This document shows, piece by piece, positions 1 to 7,073 of a stretch of DNA of 32,000 bases (position 1 is its first letter; each line of letters starts with the position of its first letter). This DNA is from Demequinaceae bacterium (GTDB lineage Bacteria > Actinomycetota > Actinomycetes > Actinomycetales > Demequinaceae). A program made the position numbers and the translations under genes. The stretch spans positions 1,380,001 to 1,412,000 of the forward strand of contig OZ252279.1 of the NCBI GenBank assembly GCA_965250005.1, given 5' to 3'. The notes under the pieces were generated by a model. That model worked only from the letters and a program-made list of their open reading frames with translations, searched no databases and was not told the origin of the DNA.

Positions 1-1685
1 CCAACAACCTTCTTGACCGCCTTGACGGAGCCATGGTTCCTCAGTCCAACGAAGGCTGCTTTCTGGACGAGCTTCGACACGGAGTCCTCGAACCGGACTC
101 CGTAGAAGGACTGTCCCGGGAATAGGTTGAACCCCACGGTGTAGACGATGATCGGAATCTCGAGCGCGTCAAGCGCCGCATCAGTCACATTCCACTGCCA
201 TCCGCTATTGCCATTCGGCGACGTGTCCGGCAAGAAAAGGCCGCCGCCACCTATCACGATCGCGTCGAGATTCTTGTTGGCCCAAAGTGCACGGTCCTCA
301 TCAAAGATCTGATGCGCATGGATGGAGGACCAGCGGGCGTCGGGAACCACCGTCTCGATTGATGTCCGCACTGCGATGGGGAGCATCACGTCGCCGAAGT
401 TGCCCTCGTCATCGACGTAGAAAGCTACGTGCCCTATCGCCGCGCCACTGCCTTCAGGCACGAGGCCATCGGTCAGGCGCGACTGCGCGATTCGCGAGAG
501 CACTAGCCGCGCCTTCCGCTGAGTCGGGTCGCGCGTGAGCGCTGACAGAGCAGCTTCTTCAGCAGCATCGTAATCTCGATAAACCCACTGCAAGTCGGCC
601 AGTCGCGAACGCGCTGCCGGGCCAATCTGACGCTGGTCCATTGCGAGAGTCAGCGCCAACTCCGCGTTAGCGCGCTTGGACAGCGCCTGTTGATTGGCGG
701 CAAGAGCCACAAACGACGATCCAGAAACCACTTGGGCTGTCGCGACGTGCAAACGAAGTGCCGTTTCCGCTGTTGCGAAATCGCCATCACGACCGTACCG
801 CCCCGATGCTGCACGCGGGTCGCCAAGATCCTCGTCGCGGAGCGATGCGAACGGAGCCGACATGTCCGCATAGAACTTCCGAATCCTCGATTTCTTGGGC
901 GAAATCTCGAGGTAGCGCCTCCAGAACAGCGCCGGCGCGATGTCGTACTCGTGCCACTCGTCTTCCGCGGCAGCGTAACCCGCCTCGCCGCCGCTCCATG
1001 GCTTGGTGGAGCCCGTAAAGTGCAAGATCCGGGTGTCTGCTGGCGGCTTCTGCCCCAGCTTAACCGCGCGCTTGACGAAGTTGTACTTCTTGTCGAGTTT
1101 CTCGTACTCGCCGTCGAGAACCGCAGACAACACGCCCTGGTCATGCCGCTCAAGATCGTATTCGCCTGACAGCCCGATCTCATCCATCTTCGCCACGAAC
1201 TCGTCGCTCATGGACCTACGGTCAAAGGTCATGACCCCGCTGTTGATCCGCCAGCCGCCGCGACTCTCAAAGTGCTGCGGCACCGCTCCAAAGGCCACAT
1301 CAGTGTCGACCAACTCTTTGATGTCGCCAAGGACCACCATGTCAACGTCGAGCGTGACCAAGCGGTCATAGTCGCGCACTCTGAACGCCTCAAGGATGTA
1401 GTACGCCTTCACAACGAGGTAATTTGTCAGATCACCCTTCGAGTACTTCGAGTACTGAGAGCCATCAACGCGCCGAAATACGAAGTTCGGGTACAGCAAC
1501 GAAATCCGAGCAATCGACTCGGGCTTCAAGTCGTCATAGAAGATGATGAAGTCGTGATCAACCCACGGATTCGTGAGCAATAGGCTCTTGATCAATACCT
1601 CGAACCCTTCGAGGTAGTTGTTGTCGACGTAGGACGCGAAGGCTACAGACGGCGACGATTCCGGTTGTGCGACAGCGGGCTTCAT
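1..1685 (-). CDS. Fusion protein: N-terminal glycosyltransferase family 8-like domain, helical/TPR-like linker, C-terminal polysaccharide pyruvyl transferase domain. The C-terminus runs off the left edge.
   Basis: Absent from the ORF track because it is open-ended. My translation of the minus strand from ATG 1685-1683 gives 561 stop-free codons down to position 3. N-terminal part: MKPAVAQPESSPSVAFASYVDNNYLEGFEVLIKSLL...LVTLDVDMVVLGDI...RINSGVMTF...ILHFTGSTKPW, which matches the GT8 DxD, NSG and HFxGxxKPW-type motifs. C-terminal part: ...GHVAFYVDDEGNFGDVMLPIAVR...LDAIVIGGGGLF..., which matches PS_pyruv_trans-type GNxGD and GGG motifs. It starts 16 nt downstream of the previous gene on the same strand. 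Confidence 0.75.
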   Translation of the reverse strand, partial: MKPAVAQPESSPSVAFASYVDNNYLEGFEVLIKSLLLTNPWVDHDFIIFYDDLKPESIARISLLYPNFVFRRVDGSQYSKYSKGDLTNYLVVKAYYILEAFRVRDYDRLVTLDVDMVVLGDIKELVDTDVAFGAVPQHFESRGGWRINSGVMTFDRRSMSDEFVAKMDEIGLSGEYDLERHDQGVLSAVLDGEYEKLDKKYNFVKRAVKLGQKPPADTRILHFTGSTKPWSGGEAGYAAAEDEWHEYDIAPALFWRRYLEISPKKSRIRKFYADMSAPFASLRDEDLGDPRAASGRYGRDGDFATAETALRLHVATAQVVSGSSFVALAANQQALSKRANAELALTLAMDQRQIGPAARSRLADLQWVYRDYDAAEEAALSALTRDPTQRKARLVLSRIAQSRLTDGLVPEGSGAAIGHVAFYVDDEGNFGDVMLPIAVRTSIETVVPDARWSSIHAHQIFDEDRALWANKNLDAIVIGGGGLFLPDTSPNGNSGWQWNVTDAALDALEIPIIVYTVGFNLFPGQSFYGVRFEDSVSKLVQKAAFVGLRNHGSVKAVKKVV

Positions 1686-1701
1686 TGCGTCTCCAAGGCC
1701 T

Positions 1702-3150
1702 CTAGCGAAGTGAAAGAACGAGGTCACTGGTTTTGGTCGCGTTCGCCATTACCCAGTCACGCTCGGCGTTGTAGTCGTGTGCGGTGGCTACGGGTAGATG
1801 CATGGCAGAGTCAAGCCGGAAGGCTCCGGACGTGTTGAAGTCGAACCCGATGAGATCGATCGCAGTGCTAACGTCCAGCAAGTCGACGAGCCGAAGCAAA
1901 TTGAACCCCGACGTCGGCACGTCCACAAGGCTCGAATCGCCTACGAGGTCCTTACCTCGCACGGGCCAGCGCAGGGTCGCATCACCGATGAAACCCTGCG
2001 CGTCCGAATCCAAATACTTGTTGACGGAAGCTCGCCATGCATTGAGATTGCCGCTAAACACTAGTCGGACGTCGACCGGTACGGACCAGTTGAAATTGTG
2101 CATGTGAATGGTCGCATGAAGTGACGTCTTTGATCCCGTATTCGGAGCGTCAATCTTGAATGAATTGAATCGCGCGACCACATCGTAGGAGTCGATCAGT
2201 TCGCCCGAACGCGATTCGGCAACGCGCTGGGAGTTCGCCACCAGGCAGACGGACTTTCCGGATAGGTACCTACGCAAACCCGCCGCGTCCATCGGCCGAA
2301 CCACATTCGCCGCCTCGCGCGTGACCTGAGGAAGAACCTCCAGTGGACGCGCCGCGACCGCCGCACGCGCAAGTTCCCGCGTCCGCACCGACGCATCCGC
2401 CCCAAATGCAAGCGCCTGCCTCAGCACCAAGTCTGCGGCAGCGGCGATCGAAGCGCGCCCAGTGAGCGGTTGCACACTGGTAACATCTGCGATCAGGTCT
2501 GCGTCGACCCGGGCCGATTCGACACCAGTGACCAGGTTCTGCAGCTTTCGATACAGCGCTGATACTGGGTCTCTTGACTTGTTTCCCTCGGCTTCTTGCA
2601 ACGCCTGTAGGAGCAACCCGTCCACAGCGAGCGCGGCCGTCGTCGATTCCGGCTCGTCAACACCGGTGAGTTGTGCAAACCGCGCTGCAGCGACGCGCGC
2701 AAGGTCCCGTCTATCGAGCGCGTCGTACGCTCGCGAGAGAATCTTCCATGCCGCTTTTGATTGCGGCCTGAGCTCAATGATCTGTTTCGCAAAGTCTTCA
2801 GCCAATTCTGGGCGCCCGACATTGAGTGCCGCTCGCGCAACGGAAAGCGCTCCATCAAGCGCGCGATTCTTGCCCAAATCAATCCAAGAATAGCGTCCGA
2901 GGGCATACCCAAGGCCATAATTGCTGTTCGCGCGCGCCGAGATCTCCGCAAGACTTCTCGTAGCGCGCACATATTTGACGCTGGAGGCGCGCCGATTATG
3001 TCCTTCGCGCTTGGCAACGTCGAGCGCGTCCGCGAGTGTCGACAAGAAGGAGAAATTGCGCCGGGAGTTACCCGGACCAAGGCGACGAAGGCCATGGGCC
3101 GCCCTTGACACACGCAGCACAATACGCTTCATATCAAGCAAAGTGAGCAT
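1702..3150 (-). CDS. Putative CMP-nonulosonate-dependent glycosyltransferase: about 290-aa helical/TPR-like N-terminal region plus a GT29/GT42-like sialyltransferase domain
   Basis: 482-aa ORF. Residues 302-329, CLVANSQRVAESRSGELIDSYDVVARFN, align with sialyl motif L (C-x-V-x-(G)N-S-x-x-L/V-x-x-S-x-x-G-x-x-I-D-x-x-D-x-V-x-R-x-N). Residues 412-436, PTSGFNLLRLVDLLDVSTAIDLIGF, resemble motif S (P-S/T-S/T-G ... I/V-x-x-x-G-F). Residues 458-463, HDYNAE, fit motif VS (H-x4-E). Start uncertain: the GGAG lies only 1 nt before ATG 3150, and in-frame TTG 3141 or ATG 3132 are alternatives. Confidence 0.7.
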   Translation of the reverse strand: MLTLLDMKRIVLRVSRAAHGLRRLGPGNSRRNFSFLSTLADALDVAKREGHNRRASSVKYVRATRSLAEISARANSNYGLGYALGRYSWIDLGKNRALDGALSVARAALNVGRPELAEDFAKQIIELRPQSKAAWKILSRAYDALDRRDLARVAAARFAQLTGVDEPESTTAALAVDGLLLQALQEAEGNKSRDPVSALYRKLQNLVTGVESARVDADLIADVTSVQPLTGRASIAAAADLVLRQALAFGADASVRTRELARAAVAARPLEVLPQVTREAANVVRPMDAAGLRRYLSGKSVCLVANSQRVAESRSGELIDSYDVVARFNSFKIDAPNTGSKTSLHATIHMHNFNWSVPVDVRLVFSGNLNAWRASVNKYLDSDAQGFIGDATLRWPVRGKDLVGDSSLVDVPTSGFNLLRLVDLLDVSTAIDLIGFDFNTSGAFRLDSAMHLPVATAHDYNAERDWVMANATKTSDLVLSLR

Positions 3151-3194
3151 ACTCCTCAGAGCGGTTTCGGGTGGAGGTTACGGCGGCCGATTCA

Positions 3195-4067
3195 TCAGCC
3201 ACCGATGCGGCGTAGCTTGCTCAGCGGGGCAAGCTCGCCCGGGAACACTCGCTTCACTCCGTCGCCGAGAGCGTCTTGAACAATGTGCACATCCCGGATC
3301 AGTGATGAGAAACCCTTCGGCTCAAGGGACGCCGCGTGGTCCGAGCCCCACATTGTGCGGTCAAGCGTCACATGCCGTTCAATTGCTACAGCGCCGAGAG
3401 TTGCGGCCGCAATGGAGATTTGAAGCCCCGCTTCATGTCCCGAGTATCCGGTCGGCAGGCCATAGCGCTCGCTAAGGGTCGGAATCATAAGCAGATTGGC
3501 CTCCTCCGGCGGAAGTGGGTACGTCGAAGTCGCGTGAAACAGAATCAGGTTTTCCTTGCCGAGAGTCTCAACGGCAGCGTCTATTTGCTCGATCGTCGAC
3601 ATTCCCGTTGACAGGATCACGGGCTTCCCCGTTTCCCGCAGTTTACTCAGCATCCCAAGATCGGTGACCGAGGCTGACGCAACCTTGTAGGCCACAACAT
3701 TCATCTTCTCGAGAAAATCTACAGACGGTTCGTCCCACGGAGAAGCGAACCAGTCAATACCCTTTTCGCGGCAGTAACTGTCGATCTCACGGTACTCGGC
3801 CTCTTCAAACTCGACCTTGTACCGATACTCCAGGTAGGTCATGGTTCCCCATGGAGTGTCACGTGGCGTGTCCTTCATGTGCTCTGGCGTTGATATCTCC
3901 GGCGTACGCTTCTGGAACTTGACGGCTTGCGCGCCTGCCTCAACTGCCACGTCAATGAGCTGCTTGGCGATCTCTAGCGAACCGTTGTGATTCAGGCCGA
4001 CTTCAGCGATGAAGTAAACTGGCTCGCCGACGCCAATCTCATTCGTGCCTATAGAAACCGTTGCCAT
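3195..4067 (-). CDS. neuB: NeuB-family nonulosonate (N-acetylneuraminate or Kdn, possibly 9-phosphate) synthase. Short form, apparently lacking the C-terminal SAF/antifreeze-like domain.
   Basis: 290-aa ORF. PVYFIAEVGLNHNGSLEIAKQLIDVAVEAGAQAVKFQKR ... VILSTGMST ... LFHATSTYP ... GYSGHE ... IERHVTLD is a typical NeuB/SpsE TIM-barrel signature. GGGGGA Shine-Dalgarno 8 nt upstream of the ATG. The protein ends about 55 aa earlier than the roughly 346-aa E. coli/Neisseria NeuB enzymes as I remember them. Confidence 0.9.
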   Translation of the reverse strand: MATVSIGTNEIGVGEPVYFIAEVGLNHNGSLEIAKQLIDVAVEAGAQAVKFQKRTPEISTPEHMKDTPRDTPWGTMTYLEYRYKVEFEEAEYREIDSYCREKGIDWFASPWDEPSVDFLEKMNVVAYKVASASVTDLGMLSKLRETGKPVILSTGMSTIEQIDAAVETLGKENLILFHATSTYPLPPEEANLLMIPTLSERYGLPTGYSGHEAGLQISIAAATLGAVAIERHVTLDRTMWGSDHAASLEPKGFSSLIRDVHIVQDALGDGVKRVFPGELAPLSKLRRIGG

Positions 4068-4163
4068 TGTGTACCTGTCCCCCTAGAACGCGCGCCTATC
4101 CGACCGGATGGCCCCCACCAAGGTACACGCGGGCAAGCAACAGCGCCACTTCTGGCTTCGCGC

Positions 4164-5327
4164 CTACCGGCTCCTGACCACGCGCCCAGAGAGTTCCCGA
4201 ATTGCGCCTTGTCCACCGCCTGCTGAAAGCACGATTCGCGCCGCGCGGAGGACCTCTGGCCGGGCGTCGGCAACGGCGACAGGCACGCCCACAGCCTCGA
4301 GACACTCGAGGTCGTTCACGTCGTTGCCCACATAGGCGATTTCCGCCAAGTTCAAACCCCTTTCGTGCGCCCACGCAGTCAACACCGGCAACTTCTCTTC
4401 GACGCCGTGGAGCACTTCGACACCAAGTTTCTTGGCGCGGGCAGCCACTACCGGGTTGATTTCGCTCGAGAGTATGAGCATCGGGACACCTGCACGGTGA
4501 AGCGACGCGATGCCCATCCCATCCGCTCTACTGACAGTGACCGCCTCGTGACCGTCTTGATCGACCCAGACTCGATCGTCAGTGTGAACGCCATCGAAGT
4601 CCATAACGACGGCTTCCACATCGATGGAATCTGGTGGCACGTCTACGGTGGACGCTAGAGACTGCGCGAGTTCAAGTTGTTCGGGCGTATCAATCTCCAA
4701 GCTTGTTCCTTCGGGAACAAGCACGGGAACGACGGTTCCGAAAAACCGGAACCTGGCGGCCATGAAGCCCGGAATCGCGAGCACGTAGAATGCGCCTGTT
4801 TCGCGATACTCCTGCTCACGGTCCTGGCGCCGCGGGCGCGCGTCCAGCGTGTGATTGACGGCGTCAAATCCCGAAGCAGTATGCTTCCACAGAAACGCGT
4901 CGCTCGGCGTCACCGCCATCGCGACGTCGGCGCTTCCCGAAGAAACCGCGTCCACCGCCTCGGCGACGGACTCGGGTGCCACAAACGGCGATGTTGCCTG
5001 GAGAAAGACTAGTACGTCGAACTTCTCGCCGCGGTCTGCCAAAGCCTCGATCGCATGCAGCAATGCGTCCTCGGAGCGCGCGGTATCGCTTGCGAGCTCC
5101 GCCGGACGATCCAAGACCGTCGCCCCAAAATCCACGGCGGCTTGAGCGATTTCCGGATCGTCAGTAGAAACGCAAACTGACTGAATCGCAGACACATCCT
5201 GTGCGAGTCGAATCGCCCGCCCGATCAATGGGACACCCCCCACTCGCTGCAGATTCTTGCGAGCGATTCCCTTAGACCCGCCGCGCGCCGGTATGACTGC
5301 CAGCACCCTGCTCTCACCGTTCGCCAT
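4164..5327 (-). CDS. neuA: Bifunctional CMP-nonulosonate synthetase (NeuA-like cytidylyltransferase) fused to a C-terminal HAD-IIIA KdsC-like phosphatase domain
   Basis: 387-aa ORF. The N-terminus, VLAVIPARGGSKGIARKNL...LQATSPF, is the CTP_transf_3 signature. The C-terminal roughly 160 aa contain VVMDFDGVHTDD (HAD motif I, DxDG), SS.. and YVGNDVNDL (HAD motif IV). GGAGGGAG Shine-Dalgarno 6 nt upstream. The start overlaps the upstream gene by 14 nt. Confidence 0.9.
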   Translation of the reverse strand: MANGESRVLAVIPARGGSKGIARKNLQRVGGVPLIGRAIRLAQDVSAIQSVCVSTDDPEIAQAAVDFGATVLDRPAELASDTARSEDALLHAIEALADRGEKFDVLVFLQATSPFVAPESVAEAVDAVSSGSADVAMAVTPSDAFLWKHTASGFDAVNHTLDARPRRQDREQEYRETGAFYVLAIPGFMAARFRFFGTVVPVLVPEGTSLEIDTPEQLELAQSLASTVDVPPDSIDVEAVVMDFDGVHTDDRVWVDQDGHEAVTVSRADGMGIASLHRAGVPMLILSSEINPVVAARAKKLGVEVLHGVEEKLPVLTAWAHERGLNLAEIAYVGNDVNDLECLEAVGVPVAVADARPEVLRAARIVLSAGGGQGAIRELSGRVVRSR

Positions 5328-6315
5328 CGCCTGCTCCCTCCATCGAAGCCAAATCCCCGAGCACAGCGCGCAACTCTGGGCGTCCTTCCGGAACCCACCA
5401 CTCGATTGGCACGGATGACATAGAAACCTGCGCTGACGGCAACACTCCAGACAGCACTCGCACCGCGCTGGTCGGAAGAGTGTAAATCTCTTTCACCGTC
5501 GCGCGACCAGCTAGGAAAAGTTCTACAGGCACCCGCGAGCGAATGACTCTGACGCCCGGAATCGCGGCCACGGCTTCGATTGTCTCGGCGTCCTCGCGCC
5601 GGTGAGGGTGGTACAGCGCACTACCGCGCCTCGAAATATCGCGCACCCAATCGAGATACGGTTCTGCGCGAATCTGGCCCGTGGCCACTAGGGATGTTCC
5701 AAGGATGACTCGCGCACTCTCAATTCGCACGCCGCCGAGACTCACGTCCGCCAGCCATCTGTGGCTGTTTTTCATGACTTCGTATCCCAACGCGCTTAGT
5801 CCAGTCACGTGTTGCGTCTCTTCGTAGACCGTAAAAATTGCTACGCGTCCCTTTCGCGCGACGCGCGAAATCTTTTGTCTAAGCCGCAGTCCGAGCAACT
5901 TCATCACAGGCGACTCGCGCTTGGACATTCGACTCAATCTTTTGTGGCGGTTCGCCAAGGTCGACGCAAGGTGCAACGTCGATGTGCCGTCGTCAACGAT
6001 GACCAGATCACGTGAACTACGAAGTGCGAAGTACGCGCGGAACTGTCCCGAATAGATATCGCCAACCAGTAGCTTCGCGCGCGCGCTGGGGGGCAGCCCG
6101 AAGATTGTACGCAGCGGTGGCGCAAATTCGACGCCCACGGGCAACTGGAGCTCTATAGCGGCAATGGTGGCCTCAAGTTGCCGCACTGCGTCGCGGGGAT
6201 AGATTCGCAGCGGCTCGCCCGTCTCTGCCGCGAACTCGACGGCATTGAGGATTTGCAGCGGAGACTCGACCCATGCGGCACGCACGGTTGGCGGCTTCGG
6301 CTCTGCGGCGGACAC
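5314..6315 (-). CDS. Putative bacterial-type (GT-B; GT38/52/80-like) sialyl/nonulosonyl-transferase
   Basis: The track ORF is 5314-6408. The likely true start is GTG 6315-6313, 2 nt after the TAG stop of the upstream ATPase gene, giving 333 aa. It contains LVIVDDGTSTL (D/E-D/E-G motif, nt 5986-5994) and ALYHPHRRED (HP motif, nt 5605-5610). These are the two motifs reported as conserved in bacterial sialyltransferases. There is also an N-terminal SPLQILNAVEF Rossmann-like start. Confidence 0.6.
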   Translation of the reverse strand: MSAAEPKPPTVRAAWVESPLQILNAVEFAAETGEPLRIYPRDAVRQLEATIAAIELQLPVGVEFAPPLRTIFGLPPSARAKLLVGDIYSGQFRAYFALRSSRDLVIVDDGTSTLHLASTLANRHKRLSRMSKRESPVMKLLGLRLRQKISRVARKGRVAIFTVYEETQHVTGLSALGYEVMKNSHRWLADVSLGGVRIESARVILGTSLVATGQIRAEPYLDWVRDISRRGSALYHPHRREDAETIEAVAAIPGVRVIRSRVPVELFLAGRATVKEIYTLPTSAVRVLSGVLPSAQVSMSSVPIEWWVPEGRPELRAVLGDLASMEGAGDGER

Positions 6316-6317
6316 GG

Positions 6318-7073
6318 CTACGTCGCCTTTTCGTAGGCGACACAGACCTGCTTCGGGTCGCCATCCATCTTGATTCGGCCACGATCCAACCAAATCACCC
6401 GAGAGCACGTCTCCCGAATTGTCCTCATCGAGTGGCTTACCAGGAATACTGTGCCGGCGTTCTCGCGCATCTCGCGGATCCGAGCCGCGCTCCGTTCTCG
6501 AAAATCCTTGTCTCCGACGGCCAGCGCCTCATCGATCAACAGAATCTCGTGATCTTGAGCCACTGCAATCGCAAATCGTAGCCGCGCAGACATCCCGGAA
6601 CTGTAGGTCTTCATCTGCATGTCCGCATACTCGGAAATCCCAGAGAACTCCAGAATGCGATCAAAATTTGTGTCAACTTCACGCGGGCTCATTCCCATCG
6701 CCAGGCAACCGAGACGGACGTTCTTCTCCCCGGACACGTCGCCAAGGAGAGCGGCATTGATTCCGAGCAACACCGGGCGCGCGGCACCCCTTACGGCTCC
6801 ACTAGTGGCCGGCGTTACTCCGGCGAGCGCGCGCATCAAGGTGGATTTTCCTGAGCCGTTACGCCCGATGATCCCAACGCTCTCTTCCTCGCGAACCTCA
6901 AAGGAAACGCCGCGGAGAGCGTGAACCTCGCGTATTCCGCGCGAAGCGCGGAAGAATTGGCGGCCTCGCGTGACGCGTCGACCCGTCGAGTATGCGCGGT
7001 ACGTGACGTGTACGTCATCTGCGACGATTGCCAAAGGCGTTCGCTCGGCCGATTCATTCCTATTCGCGCCCAT
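6318..7073 (-). CDS. ABC transporter ATP-binding protein, polysaccharide/teichoic-acid export type (TagH/KpsT/Wzt-like)
   Basis: Walker A GRNGSGKSTL, signature-like YSSGMSARLRFAIA, Walker B LLIDEALAVGD. Start trimmed to ATG 7073 (MGANRNESAERTPLAIV...), which overlaps the upstream permease stop by 14 nt. The track's longer N-terminus (to 7172) is Arg-rich and lies inside the permease gene. Confidence 0.9.
   Translation of the reverse strand: MGANRNESAERTPLAIVADDVHVTYRAYSTGRRVTRGRQFFRASRGIREVHALRGVSFEVREEESVGIIGRNGSGKSTLMRALAGVTPATSGAVRGAARPVLLGINAALLGDVSGEKNVRLGCLAMGMSPREVDTNFDRILEFSGISEYADMQMKTYSSGMSARLRFAIAVAQDHEILLIDEALAVGDKDFRERSAARIREMRENAGTVFLVSHSMRTIRETCSRVIWLDRGRIKMDGDPKQVCVAYEKAT

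Noticed and set aside
287-1583. Seven short track ORFs (287-538 plus, 650-1183 minus, 690-1169 plus, 758-1018 plus, 787-999 minus, 1003-1371 plus, 1272-1583 plus)
   Set aside because: All lie inside, in other frames of, or antisense to the 561-codon open-ended GT8/pyruvyl-transferase frame. Most have Arg/Ser/Pro-rich, protein-unlike composition.
4068-4163. The 96-nt neuA-neuB gap, with TAGGCGCG at both ends, as a regulatory element
   Set aside because: It has only an 8-nt direct repeat and a 4-bp stem. That is too weak to call, and it is probably just an intercistronic spacer carrying the neuB Shine-Dalgarno sequence.
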